Shown here: positions 18,173 through 29,103 of the stretch, piece by piece
Numbering within the stretch: position 1 is the stretch's first letter
Layout: each line of letters begins with the position of its first letter
Source of the DNA: a virus
Taxonomy: Duplodnaviria; Caudoviricetes
Virus record (IMG/VR): IMGVR_UViG_3300010163_000018
Span: 1 to 64,000 of that record
DNA: 64,000 nucleotides
Reading direction: 5' to 3' (one strand)
Notes under the pieces: model-generated
Told to the model about the DNA's origin: nothing
What the model saw: the letters and a program-made list of their open reading frames with translations, nothing else
Database searches by the model: none
Translations under genes and position numbers: made by a program

Positions 18173-21100
18173 ATGAATGATACTATGGAATATCACTCTG
18201 AAAAAGAATTACCCGATTCAGTACGTAAATTCATAAACAACGTTCATCGTGCTGGGTATGACAACATATATCATGTTCGTAGTGTTGATATAGATGGTAC
18301 CATTATCGATGAGAAATTCGGAATGAATGTCATGACCAATAAAGGATTAAAAATCATGTTTGGTTCTATCAGTGCAAACACTCGATATATGTGGACTGGA
18401 TTAAACAATGATGTTGAACCCCAAACTACGGATACAAGCATAACAGAAGTTTCCCCTTTCCCAAATTCAATGAAAACTGGTACATTGGCATTCACTGCAT
18501 ATCCATCCGTATATCATCCTGAAACACATATATTGACGTCTTTGTGCCTAAGGTACCAGGACTTTTATTATGATTATAATTATTCTGGTATCACTGAAGA
18601 TGTCGAAATTAAAGAGATTGGTTATGGCACATCACCCACAGACTTATCAATGCATGCGTTAATATATGATGAATATGGAAATAAGTCATCAATCATAAAG
18701 AAACCTAATACGAGATTGTACATATCCGTATATATACAAGCTGGAATCAACGTTGACCTGTTTGACCAATTGTGGCGTAAGGGTATATATTTCTTCACAA
18801 CACCAAATGCGTGGCTCTTTAGAGATGAACCAGCAGGGGATGACATATATCTTACGATGTGTTATATGACACGTCGAGCACAAGGACCCGTACATGCAAA
18901 TCATAGATATATGGATTATTCCCATCATCGAGGTTATAATGTACACGTAGATGCAGGGGACGATACGATATATCAGACAAAAGTCGACCAAAACGGAACA
19001 GGTGTACGTGACTGGCAATATGATTATATATCTACAATATGTTTTGGTGATATCTATACCGATGCAAATAATTTATATGAAGACAAGTTCACAAGTTTGA
19101 ATTTCTGGGGATTCAAACTTATCCAGATGAATGAATCTGAGGATATCGTTATTGAAAGAGCATATACAAACTCTTCATCGAGTGATAATTTCTCTAACAT
19201 GTTTGGTTTAACAACAGATTTTCATTATAATACCGACATGACAAATAACAGTTATGGAACCTCTTCAGATGGAATGTTACCAATGACACATTTCTCCATT
19301 GAAGATATCTCTCTATACAATCATAAAACCAAGCAGTGGGATATTCCAGAAGAATTCGTAAGCGATCCGGAATACTTGTATGATGAAATAAATTCGACAT
19401 ATATGGGAAGAGCTTATATGAAGGATCAATCAGGTGTTGCCAAAGACTGTGTGATATTTATAAATTACAAGGCGGACAAGTATAAGATAAAATCGTTCTC
19501 AAATTCGAATGTAACAATGTACGCATCTGATGCTTGGTGGGATGTATCCACATGGTCTCCAATATTGGCTGATTTAAACGATATCCCTACGGAATATCAA
19601 CAAAAAAGATATTATATACTCACTCAATGGATCACAGATAAACCGTATCAACTTCGACCGGTATATTACAAAGATGATGCAACAACGGGTTTGGAGACAA
19701 CAACATTTCATGGATTAAAATTACCAACAGAAAAGTTTCCATACACCGTCGCAAAAATACCCAATGACAGTGTAATTTATAAATCACCACAGACAAGATA
19801 CGCATTCATCGCATGCTCTAACAAAAACAATTGGTTCATAATATGTGACTATATCATCTATCCGGAAAACCCAAGTGGTGTTAAATGTTATAAGATAGGC
19901 GAATATAATAACGGAGCCGGTGACAGTGGCTGGATTAGTTATTCATATACCACTAACAATACAATGTTTTCTACTGATGATAGGCTGGTAACAACTTTTT
20001 CTAAGTATCGATTAAATGGCAAGTTCTATTATGGCCTTCGCATATATGCATTGGATAATGAAGGATCTATTGCACCAAAATATGTTGATATTCCTTTATC
20101 ATCAATATCCGGTGATCTGAATTACTATACCCGATCTTACGGTACCCGATTTTCGACATCATCGAAAGGATGGGTTATGTACAATTCCGATAAATATTGG
20201 CATCCAATCATTCTTGATATTTATGGTGAATCGAATACCAATGTTCTTGAAAATCTGGTTGATGTTGATTTCGACAGAAAACCAAAGTGTTATCAGTTGA
20301 CTGATAAATTGTATAAGTATGCTCATGTTCAAAATCTAACGGATTTCTTGGTATATTATAATTCGAATGCTGAAACTGCCAATGTCATTGAAATCATGGA
20401 TATGAAAACGCGAGAAGTTATACAATCATTCACATTACCAACAGACAGACAATACACTGTTGTCGGAATTCATGGATGGAACGATATCGTTTATATAACT
20501 GCTACAGCAAATTCGGCATACTACCTATTTATGTATACAATGGCTGATGAAAAGATTGTTCATCTCGGTATGAGTTCATTCAGCATATTTAATCACAGTG
20601 ATGTTAAATCATATGATATCCCGGAAATGTCTAATGAATATGTGTACTGTCTCGGGAGCAGTACTGGTGATTATCGCGCCGTTTTTGTAACTAAGGAAGA
20701 CCCTACCAATTTTAAATACTTTACCAAGCACAAATATAGTGCATACAGAAACGTCGTAAATGGACAATTACACTTTACAGATGATCAACAGACGCACATG
20801 GTTCTATCAACATTTAACGATCCTGAAACTCATTGGTACACATACAATTGGAGAACTATTTATGACATGTGGGATTTAATTGACAACGGTCCCAATTTAA
20901 CAATGCCTTATAAAAACTTCTTCTACACGTATACCAATCAAGGAATTGATAATATACCCGTTGTATTATATAAAGATCGGGTAATGCGAATTTCGGATTC
21001 GGGCGAACCAAACTTTGGTGAGATAACATCATATCCTATACAGTATTCATTACCGCATAGGATGCATGGTAAGACAAAAACGTTAACGGCATGGAATAAT

Positions 21101-21223
21101 CCGTTTCAAGTAACCAAGGGTCTTTATTGGCAAACACGATGGACCAATGATATCAACAAAATAAAAGCTATATCGAGTGGTGATCAACCATCACCAACAT
21201 CAAATGGTGATAATAATGGCTAA
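18173..21223 (+). CDS. Large tail/baseplate-associated protein, paralog 2 (1016 aa)
   Basis: NIYHVRSVDIDG...GMNVMTNKG, YYDYNYSG, IKEIGYG, LYNHKTKQWDI and C-terminal HGKTKTLTAWNNP align by eye with paralogs 1 and 3. AAGGAGG RBS. Confidence 0.6.
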   Translation: MNDTMEYHSEKELPDSVRKFINNVHRAGYDNIYHVRSVDIDGTIIDEKFGMNVMTNKGLKIMFGSISANTRYMWTGLNNDVEPQTTDTSITEVSPFPNSMKTGTLAFTAYPSVYHPETHILTSLCLRYQDFYYDYNYSGITEDVEIKEIGYGTSPTDLSMHALIYDEYGNKSSIIKKPNTRLYISVYIQAGINVDLFDQLWRKGIYFFTTPNAWLFRDEPAGDDIYLTMCYMTRRAQGPVHANHRYMDYSHHRGYNVHVDAGDDTIYQTKVDQNGTGVRDWQYDYISTICFGDIYTDANNLYEDKFTSLNFWGFKLIQMNESEDIVIERAYTNSSSSDNFSNMFGLTTDFHYNTDMTNNSYGTSSDGMLPMTHFSIEDISLYNHKTKQWDIPEEFVSDPEYLYDEINSTYMGRAYMKDQSGVAKDCVIFINYKADKYKIKSFSNSNVTMYASDAWWDVSTWSPILADLNDIPTEYQQKRYYILTQWITDKPYQLRPVYYKDDATTGLETTTFHGLKLPTEKFPYTVAKIPNDSVIYKSPQTRYAFIACSNKNNWFIICDYIIYPENPSGVKCYKIGEYNNGAGDSGWISYSYTTNNTMFSTDDRLVTTFSKYRLNGKFYYGLRIYALDNEGSIAPKYVDIPLSSISGDLNYYTRSYGTRFSTSSKGWVMYNSDKYWHPIILDIYGESNTNVLENLVDVDFDRKPKCYQLTDKLYKYAHVQNLTDFLVYYNSNAETANVIEIMDMKTREVIQSFTLPTDRQYTVVGIHGWNDIVYITATANSAYYLFMYTMADEKIVHLGMSSFSIFNHSDVKSYDIPEMSNEYVYCLGSSTGDYRAVFVTKEDPTNFKYFTKHKYSAYRNVVNGQLHFTDDQQTHMVLSTFNDPETHWYTYNWRTIYDMWDLIDNGPNLTMPYKNFFYTYTNQGIDNIPVVLYKDRVMRISDSGEPNFGEITSYPIQYSLPHRMHGKTKTLTAWNNPFQVTKGLYWQTRWTNDINKIKAISSGDQPSPTSNGDNNG

Positions 21224-21761
21224 TATATTCAGATCAAAAGAAATATATAAGAAAACCGTTAATCAAGATAACGAAAACAAAATATACGAAATACGTGGTT
21301 TATATGTCGTGGGGGATTATTCTCCTGCGACGTATAAGAATCCATTAACATGTATCGTTGATATCCTTTCAAACAAAGCAAATGTTGTTGATTTTACTAT
21401 CAAGAACGAGGAATTACAATCTGATCATGTTTTGAATATTGTAAACTTTGACATGGATCCTGATGATAGTCCAGCAATAGTTCGGTATTCAGTAAAACAA
21501 GAACAAGTAGAAGATCATGTCCTCAATATCGTAGACTTCGATATGGATCCTGATACAACACCAGAGATTCTGAAATATACAAAATCATCAAGTGATATTG
21601 GTGATGATCATGTTTTGAATATTGTAAACTTTGACATGGATCCACCGGATATTCCTACATTCGTGAAGTATTTTACGAAGATATATCCACATACACATCA
21701 ACCATGTATTCGTATAACATCAATAAAAACAACACGTGCTTCATGTGTTGATAGAACATAA
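21216..21761 (+). CDS. Small repeat protein B (three DHVLNIV.FDMDP repeats)
   Basis: Start placed at ATG 21216 (MANIFRSKEIYKK) by homology with 17612. Overlaps the stop codon of paralog 2. Confidence 0.7.
   Translation: MANIFRSKEIYKKTVNQDNENKIYEIRGLYVVGDYSPATYKNPLTCIVDILSNKANVVDFTIKNEELQSDHVLNIVNFDMDPDDSPAIVRYSVKQEQVEDHVLNIVDFDMDPDTTPEILKYTKSSSDIGDDHVLNIVNFDMDPPDIPTFVKYFTKIYPHTHQPCIRITSIKTTRASCVDRT
21422..21643 (+). repeat. Exact 39-bp direct repeat (21422-21460 and 21605-21643) with a diverged middle copy near 21514-21550
   Basis: TGATCATGTTTTGAATATTGTAAACTTTGACATGGATCC occurs twice and encodes DHVLNIVNFDMDP. Confidence 0.9.
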
Positions 21762-21784
21762 CAAAGGAAGGAGTTGGTATTATC

Positions 21785-24700
21785 ATGACAAATGATATGA
21801 CTTTATCCACAACGGATGAAAAGTTTCCAGACTCTGTAACCGACTTCATTAAGGAATATGACAAAAGACATCTCGGGAATGTGACAGTTGGAACCCATAA
21901 CATATACCATGTCCAAAGTATTGACATGGATGGAAACGTGACCCAAGAAGCATTTGCATTGAATGTGTTTACCGACTATGGTATGCGATCAATTTACTGG
22001 TTCTCTGGTATGCAAGGTTCTCACGACAATTCCGCATACCCACAGTATATGTATATTGGCAATGGTTCTGAGATAGACAAGGGCTCACAAACATTAACAT
22101 CACCACTCCCAACATCTCAATCAAATCAGGCAACACTCCATGATGAGGAATATGGTCTTATATATGACAAAGAAACGAGATTATTGATATCCAGAAAGAA
22201 AGGTGTTTCAGCAACTTACAACTATAACTATGGTAATATGACCCAAGATTATGATATAACCGAAATAGGTCTCGGGAAGGCATCAAACCAGATATTATTC
22301 CATTCGTTGATATATGATGTGGATGGTAATGTGTCTAAAATTCAAAAGCGAATGAATGAACAGCTCACGATTACAACATATCATACATGTTGTATGAGGA
22401 CAGACATATTCGATCGTTTGTGGGATAAAGGAATATATGCAATTTTTGATCCGGTCAAATATTTCAATTTACAGTATATCTATAATAATGGTAGAGGAAT
22501 TGGTGGTTGGCTACTTGCATCAGGTATTCCATTTAACGGTGGAAATAGTTACTCGGACTATTGGAACACCAGTAGTCCGAATTTTCAGATCCCATTGTAT
22601 GGACGCACAGCAGGTAATGTAGGTCAGACGAATCAAGATGGTACATTTAAATTATTAATCCCAGAATTTAAGGGAACACGATTAATCACAGATAAGCGAT
22701 CGTATATTGCACAGATATTATTAAGTGACATCAACATGTATTCTTCATCAAGTAATCGTGGATTTAGTCAAGAACCGTGGTTATTAGTCAGATCATACAT
22801 ATATCTATCCGAACCCGAAGAGATATCGTATAATTTGTTAAGAACGAATTCTTGGACTGATCCCAATTTATGGACACAATTTGGATTTTTTACTAATCTC
22901 TATGGAAATAATTCATACGGCGGGATACCTGTTTTGGATTTCGATATGAAGAAACTAACGATGTATAATTATCAAACGAAAAAATGGGATATTGAGGAAT
23001 CGTTTCAAAATAATCCAGAGAAGCTTCTTTATGAACAGAAAAAATGGTTGGGTCCCGCATGTCGTATGTATATATACATAAAGGAATTAGATAAAACTCA
23101 AACTGTTTTTATATTCATGAACAGCTTTACAGATCGACCTATCACATCCTTTGGTGGTTCAGGTATTGTACTATACATGACAGATCAATGGTGGGATACA
23201 TCTACATGGGTTCAAATAACAAATCTATCACAGGTCCCGGTAGAATTACAGTGTAAAAGGTATATAATAACGACTACAAATCTGGATTCCGGGAGTTTTA
23301 ATAATAACACTACTTTGGAACAATTTCATTATTGTTCAAACCATATGTACGGTAAAGAAAAATATCCAACAATCAATAGGAAAGATGAATATCATAAGAT
23401 CTTGTACACCGATGACAGATCCCCTAAATCGTATGCATACCCGACAAAAAGTAATATCAACATACCAGGGTATAATGATTTTAAATGTGTGGCAAGTGAT
23501 TCTGTTGGTTATGTAGTAATAGGTGAAATGCTGATATACCCCGACTCAATAGATGAATCGACAAATCGACCGAAGATATACGAGATCAAAAGCTATAAGG
23601 GATATCGGCTTCATAATAGCATTGGTGTATATAATCCAGGTCGGAAAAATATTCTAATAACATTTCCATATACGGATTATAGATATGGATTCCGAATCAT
23701 TACAGTATCGGAAGATCCCGAAGTCGCACCGATATCTCTCGATATCGCTTATGGTACAACATTGCATGATTCAAATCTTCATATATCGGAATCGGATAAT
23801 GGTTATTTGTGTATTTCTGATATGACGAATAAGAAGCTTGTAATAATCGATATTACAGGTATGCTTAATGGTGGAACAGAACCAACAGTCACAATTATTG
23901 AAAACATACTGGTTGCACATGCAATTGGTTGTACGAATTATTGTTGTTGTCGTGTTCCTGCCGATGAAGATGGTTTGGTAAAATTCCAAATAATCGATAT
24001 GAGAAATCCGAATGGCATTATAACCGATTTAACAGAACCGGATCCGAATATTGGGATATTTAAACTACCTGAAGGACATACATATCAGGGTATTTGCGGC
24101 TGGAGCAATTTCATCTATATTTCAACGAATAACGCGGGTGTTAATTGGACAATCCTATACTATATGCAGGAGAAGAAAATATCACAATTATCATGGACTT
24201 ATGCTGCATTGATGGAACATAGATCCATTGACAGCTATGGACAATATATTCATATTGAAAGATGTGTCGATGATTGTATGGTACTGTGCGGGAATGGTGG
24301 TGGCTATTATAGTAATGAGAAAGAGAACTACAGACACCTGTTGTTCAGAGCATCCGATCCCGAAAATCCATATCGTGTAATGGTTGATGCAGTGGCACAG
24401 AATGAATGTGCTGGAAATGTCTATTGCAATTCTGCCCAATTAACATATCTCGATGAATCGAAACAACAATTGATGCTCATTGTGAATGCCAACAGATGTT
24501 GTGTATATGATATCGGTAGAATAATTGATGAGGGAGTTCCGCAAACGTATGTTTTCAATCGCCTATATCCGTATAGAAACGGTTGTCATGCCGGTGTAAT
24601 ATTCAGAAAGAATGTTGTGTATCGTGACTTTGTAGATAATTCCAAGGACGTTTTATACATTGAACCAATCGAACAGTTCATAGACCATCATGTTGAAGGA

Positions 24701-24829
24701 ACAACATGGACGATCAATTCATTCAATAATCCCGTACAAGTGACGTCGGGCGTTAAAAATTTCCAATTGGAAATTTCAAATGTGTTATCAAACTACGGGG
24801 AAGAATACAATCCAACACCAAGCACGTAA
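21785..24829 (+). CDS. Large tail/baseplate-associated protein, paralog 3 (1014 aa)
   Basis: NIYHVQSIDMDG...LNVFTDYG, YIGNG, ITEIGLG, MYNYQTKKWDI and C-terminal EGTTWTINSFNNP. GGAGG RBS. Confidence 0.6.
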   Translation: MTNDMTLSTTDEKFPDSVTDFIKEYDKRHLGNVTVGTHNIYHVQSIDMDGNVTQEAFALNVFTDYGMRSIYWFSGMQGSHDNSAYPQYMYIGNGSEIDKGSQTLTSPLPTSQSNQATLHDEEYGLIYDKETRLLISRKKGVSATYNYNYGNMTQDYDITEIGLGKASNQILFHSLIYDVDGNVSKIQKRMNEQLTITTYHTCCMRTDIFDRLWDKGIYAIFDPVKYFNLQYIYNNGRGIGGWLLASGIPFNGGNSYSDYWNTSSPNFQIPLYGRTAGNVGQTNQDGTFKLLIPEFKGTRLITDKRSYIAQILLSDINMYSSSSNRGFSQEPWLLVRSYIYLSEPEEISYNLLRTNSWTDPNLWTQFGFFTNLYGNNSYGGIPVLDFDMKKLTMYNYQTKKWDIEESFQNNPEKLLYEQKKWLGPACRMYIYIKELDKTQTVFIFMNSFTDRPITSFGGSGIVLYMTDQWWDTSTWVQITNLSQVPVELQCKRYIITTTNLDSGSFNNNTTLEQFHYCSNHMYGKEKYPTINRKDEYHKILYTDDRSPKSYAYPTKSNINIPGYNDFKCVASDSVGYVVIGEMLIYPDSIDESTNRPKIYEIKSYKGYRLHNSIGVYNPGRKNILITFPYTDYRYGFRIITVSEDPEVAPISLDIAYGTTLHDSNLHISESDNGYLCISDMTNKKLVIIDITGMLNGGTEPTVTIIENILVAHAIGCTNYCCCRVPADEDGLVKFQIIDMRNPNGIITDLTEPDPNIGIFKLPEGHTYQGICGWSNFIYISTNNAGVNWTILYYMQEKKISQLSWTYAALMEHRSIDSYGQYIHIERCVDDCMVLCGNGGGYYSNEKENYRHLLFRASDPENPYRVMVDAVAQNECAGNVYCNSAQLTYLDESKQQLMLIVNANRCCVYDIGRIIDEGVPQTYVFNRLYPYRNGCHAGVIFRKNVVYRDFVDNSKDVLYIEPIEQFIDHHVEGTTWTINSFNNPVQVTSGVKNFQLEISNVLSNYGEEYNPTPST

Positions 24830-24837
24830 AATATTAT

Positions 24838-24868
24838 TAATAACGGGGGCATGATGCCCCCGTTATTA
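24838..24868. terminator. Bidirectional GGGGC-family hairpin between convergent genes
   Basis: TAATAACGGGGGCA-TGA-TGCCCCCGTTATTA, a 14-bp stem between the stops at 24829 (+) and 24878 (-). Confidence 0.8.
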
Positions 24869-24877
24869 AATATGATA

Positions 24878-27800
24878 TTATTTTATTACATTGATAACGA
24901 TGTTGTCTTCTTCGACTACGAACATTTCTGGAGTATATCTTTCAAGTTCATTTTTGGGCATATCCTCAAGTTTCTTCCATTTCTGGACAATTGCTTGAGT
25001 ATTGGCATCCATGTAGTTTCCATTGGGCCTGCCCTTCTCTGATGTATACCATCCTTTGAATCTCATCCATGCCACATTTTCATGTGTTTCCATCTGTTGG
25101 ATTACATGAGAAATGTATATGTTGTTGTCCATGCTAATTGCATCTACCGGTGTATGTATACCGGTAATACGATTGAAGTATGACTTAACCATAGATCTCA
25201 ATTCATTGATAGTATTGGTTGCTAACGCTTGGTTATACAACTTAACATCAAACTCGAGTTGAATATTAAGATCCGGCCAGAATGCTCTTGGATCATCATC
25301 AGAAAGATCTGCATTCAAATCAGATACATAAGAGTGTGGCAACCCATATGTTGCAATCAATTTACAATCGAGGTAGTTATTGCCTTCAAGTCGTTTGAAT
25401 ATGACAGGTTCAATTGCCTTATGAACTTGAGTAAACGATGTTACAAAGTTCTCAAAATCGTCTGACAACATCAATGAATATTCAACAAACGGCATGAGTT
25501 GAATTTCAACTGCTCCTGTAACATTAACACCTTTATCGATAAATGATTCATTAACATTGTTCACATAAGATATGAGAACATTATATATTATATTCCAATC
25601 GATATTATCACCATTGATATCGGTGATATCGTGGGTGGCAATATCTTCCATAAGTTGAACCATTTCGGTATACCATTCCGGTGTATCTTCAGATATAATC
25701 CTATTATACTCTCTGAAATAGGATTGTATTCTACCCTTCATATCACTTGCGACGGTCTTAAAGAATGAGAATTCATTATCATGTGATCCAGTGACTAATA
25801 CCACGGGAATATTATCATTCATCCTGGCGTATGCGAATTCCGTCATGTAAAATATGTTATACGGTTCAGAAGCATTGTAACGGCTTAAGCCGTATATCTT
25901 CTTATACAGATTTACCTGTTCTTCTGTTGGAATCGAAGAATCACCGAACTTAACAACGCTCCGCATCTCTTTCAATTCTTGAACGAGGTCCACATCATCA
26001 AGCATATATTCATCAACAACACGGAATCCAGTGAAGCTATCACCAGCCTCGATTTCAGAATCACGAGAAGGATCATCGGAACGGATAAGGATTGTTATTT
26101 TAATCTGGGGATCTGTTGCATCTATGCTAACAACCTCACCATTTACAGCCTTCCAACTTCCACCACCATTTCCAACAGATGCCATGTTGATCCGGTTGTC
26201 AATATCAATCAATTCAGTCAACGGATACATTGTTGTCTCGAAACGATATGTTCCATCATCTTCAAGACTAACAGGCTGCATTTCTACTCTACCTGTTTCA
26301 GAACCATTTACAATTGTATGCATCAAGACACGCATATTGTTCTTCTCTAATGGGAGCTGTTCTGAATGAATATAGAACATCGCCTCACCAACAGGAAGTT
26401 GTGAGAATGGGATTCTGTAATAATCAACCGATCCTGACTCTGGAGACGGTTTCATATCAGCATAAAGAATGATACTGGATGCACCGATATTATCCATGTC
26501 GAACTGGTAAGAACCTGTGGTATCGAGTTCTTCATTCCACATATATGGCATGTATACATTTGCAGCATTTGTGATTGTATATGTGACACGTTTCTCAATA
26601 GGTTCTCCATCTTCGTTCTCTTGTTTGTAATATACATTTATGAATACCGAAGGAGCATAACTCTTACCGATCTTAACGAGTTTCGTTTCACCATACTTTG
26701 TAAGTTCAGTTTCAGATGCTTCACCAACAATGATCTTTGTAATAGATCCTTGAACGGCTTTCTCACTTAGTCTCATCTCGTAATAATTCTGGGTCTTGAC
26801 ACGAGTAAATGTAATCAAGTCATCCGAAGTAGGCTTTGGATATATATCGATTTCGGTTTCTCCCGAAACATATACTTCATGTCCTTTGGATACTCCATCA
26901 TCTCCCCATACTTCATTAGATCCATATAGATAGATATTTTCTGCCGTAATAGGAAGATTGATAACTTTCGTTTCAGCGGTGGTTTTGTCTTCAACCCAAA
27001 TGTCAGTTAATTTCCATTCATTCTCCGATATTCTGTCTTTTGATTTTACACAGAAGAATGTTCTTTCGGGGTCAAATGGAACATATCCATTATCCAATGT
27101 CAAAGGAATCACAGGGATTACATTTGCATACAGATCAAGTGGTTGTTTGAAATAATTCCACATTACTTGATAGAACTGTGGAGCGATTGCATTCTTACGA
27201 AGGTACTCAACAAGAGGACGACCATCACTCATACCAGGTGTTGGTGAAAGAATATATGAAATAAACTTATAATGGTCATCTTTATATGTTCTCTTGATGT
27301 TTGTCCTAACAGGAGTTGCATGGTAGATATAAGACATATCTTCGTTGTTATTATCAACAGCCTGGGACACGTGGGCTGTATTTATTTTTGTTGCAGTAAC
27401 ATATTGATTCACCCATGGATTGAAATATCCTATTGCAAATGGAACCTTCTGAATTCTGATACCAAAGGGATTTGCAAACACAAACTTATCTGAAATACTT
27501 GCTAATGTATTCACAGATTCAATTGTCTTTCCATCACCCTTTGTATATGGAACAACAGTCCATTTGTTTTCGGTACCATAAACCCATACCCAGCCAGGAG
27601 GAATTATGATCTCATTGTTTGATATCGAATTTCCTGCATTGTTATACAGCTCTTCGTATGTCAGCTTACCATGTAACGTATTTGTTTTGAATACTTCTCC
27701 ATGCTCATCATTCAGAGCAATATATCCGCTCCATACTCTGCCCCACGGATCATCTCTCCGTTTAAAGAAAAAGGGATACAATATGTTTTTGAAGTGGAAT

Positions 27801-28951
27801 GTCTTGAACCATTCATCGATGTCATGGTCGGTGCTTAATACATTCGCTGTATTATATGCTTCGATTGTTTCTCTTCGTACTGTTTCCATTGTACCAATGT
27901 CTGAACCCCCTGCACATCCGCCGATTATAAATGCGGCCTTCATAACATTCGCATTATTGGAATATCTGTTAGATGCGGTAATGACCTTTGGTTGTTCTTC
28001 ATTTTTGTAATTGGGTGCGTTTGCTGATTTACCATGACATGTGTAAATGGTTATTTCAAATGAAGAATTCGTTTCCGGAACGAAATAACGATTACCATTT
28101 AATTGCCACATAAAACGAATTGTCTGTGGGTTGTCCATTATATAATGGACATATGGATTATTATCCGATACTGTATCGTGGATTGAAAGAATGTGATCAC
28201 GCGGTAGGAATTGCTCGTTTCCTTTACTGTCAATATACTTAACATCGAAACCGGCAATATGATTCTCACACATAATAACCTTATCTTCATTAGGTACCCC
28301 GCCTGTCATGTTGTTTATAACAGTATGGGTTTCTCTCTCATATTCATTCACCTGTATGAGTAAACATAACCATGTTTCAGTAACCCTGTAAGTGATGTAA
28401 ATGTCTTTGTTAGTTGCACACATGTTTGTATCATCACGGTTAATGTACTGAACATTCCACGCCGGTACAGGAGAATCAATACTTGAAGTTTTGATATCCT
28501 TGTACTGAATAAGAATATCATAATCGAGTGAATACACGAAACCCTCGGGGAGATTGAACTTCGTATTCTTATCAAGAATGAATTCATTCAAACCATTATC
28601 CGGATTGAACACGGAATTGTTTTGGATATCTTCGATCTTTAATTCCAATAATACATTGGTGGATGCAGGTGTAGCAAAGGAATATCCGATGTTGAATATT
28701 GCAGCTTCAGCATATATTGAATCCGGCAATACGGCTTTTGTTATAAATGATTCATTGAAATAGAATGACGAAGTGTATCCGAGCTGTTCTGTAATTTGTG
28801 AGATATACTCACTGACAAGCGAGAAGAATCCCGTGTTAAGTACATTTAAGGGAACATTATGAAACACACGAGGAGCCAATTCTTCTACCATAAACTTCTT
28901 TATCTGACTATCATCAGAGTAGTTATTAAGAAGGACTTTTTCATCAGCCAT
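24878..28951 (-). CDS. Baseplate wedge protein (T4 gp6/BppJ-like), 1357 aa
   Basis: N-terminal ESFITKAVLPDSIYAEAAIFNIGYSFATPAS, ITIYTCHGKSAN and GGCAGGSD...TVRRE, followed by VLSTDHD. This is the architecture of gp6-like wedge proteins. GGAGG RBS, tail context. Confidence 0.7.
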   Translation of the reverse strand: MADEKVLLNNYSDDSQIKKFMVEELAPRVFHNVPLNVLNTGFFSLVSEYISQITEQLGYTSSFYFNESFITKAVLPDSIYAEAAIFNIGYSFATPASTNVLLELKIEDIQNNSVFNPDNGLNEFILDKNTKFNLPEGFVYSLDYDILIQYKDIKTSSIDSPVPAWNVQYINRDDTNMCATNKDIYITYRVTETWLCLLIQVNEYERETHTVINNMTGGVPNEDKVIMCENHIAGFDVKYIDSKGNEQFLPRDHILSIHDTVSDNNPYVHYIMDNPQTIRFMWQLNGNRYFVPETNSSFEITIYTCHGKSANAPNYKNEEQPKVITASNRYSNNANVMKAAFIIGGCAGGSDIGTMETVRRETIEAYNTANVLSTDHDIDEWFKTFHFKNILYPFFFKRRDDPWGRVWSGYIALNDEHGEVFKTNTLHGKLTYEELYNNAGNSISNNEIIIPPGWVWVYGTENKWTVVPYTKGDGKTIESVNTLASISDKFVFANPFGIRIQKVPFAIGYFNPWVNQYVTATKINTAHVSQAVDNNNEDMSYIYHATPVRTNIKRTYKDDHYKFISYILSPTPGMSDGRPLVEYLRKNAIAPQFYQVMWNYFKQPLDLYANVIPVIPLTLDNGYVPFDPERTFFCVKSKDRISENEWKLTDIWVEDKTTAETKVINLPITAENIYLYGSNEVWGDDGVSKGHEVYVSGETEIDIYPKPTSDDLITFTRVKTQNYYEMRLSEKAVQGSITKIIVGEASETELTKYGETKLVKIGKSYAPSVFINVYYKQENEDGEPIEKRVTYTITNAANVYMPYMWNEELDTTGSYQFDMDNIGASSIILYADMKPSPESGSVDYYRIPFSQLPVGEAMFYIHSEQLPLEKNNMRVLMHTIVNGSETGRVEMQPVSLEDDGTYRFETTMYPLTELIDIDNRINMASVGNGGGSWKAVNGEVVSIDATDPQIKITILIRSDDPSRDSEIEAGDSFTGFRVVDEYMLDDVDLVQELKEMRSVVKFGDSSIPTEEQVNLYKKIYGLSRYNASEPYNIFYMTEFAYARMNDNIPVVLVTGSHDNEFSFFKTVASDMKGRIQSYFREYNRIISEDTPEWYTEMVQLMEDIATHDITDINGDNIDWNIIYNVLISYVNNVNESFIDKGVNVTGAVEIQLMPFVEYSLMLSDDFENFVTSFTQVHKAIEPVIFKRLEGNNYLDCKLIATYGLPHSYVSDLNADLSDDDPRAFWPDLNIQLEFDVKLYNQALATNTINELRSMVKSYFNRITGIHTPVDAISMDNNIYISHVIQQMETHENVAWMRFKGWYTSEKGRPNGNYMDANTQAIVQKWKKLEDMPKNELERYTPEMFVVEEDNIVINVIK

Positions 28952-29103
28952 GTTTAAAAACCTCCAAAATCAGTATTATATATGTTAGGGAAACCTCGAA
29001 ATAATGTTAACCTTACTCCATAGGGTTTCAAACACACATTATGGTTTGGTCGGGAATCTTCTGACATTCCATAATAAAATACTAAGAAAAGGAGATGACA
29101 ATT

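Noticed and set aside
10480-24829. Diversity-generating retroelement or invertible shufflon acting on the tail paralogs
   Set aside because: No reverse transcriptase or recombinase in the window. I saw no near-identical repeat pair differing only at adenines and no inverted crossover sites, and all paralogs lie in the same orientation.
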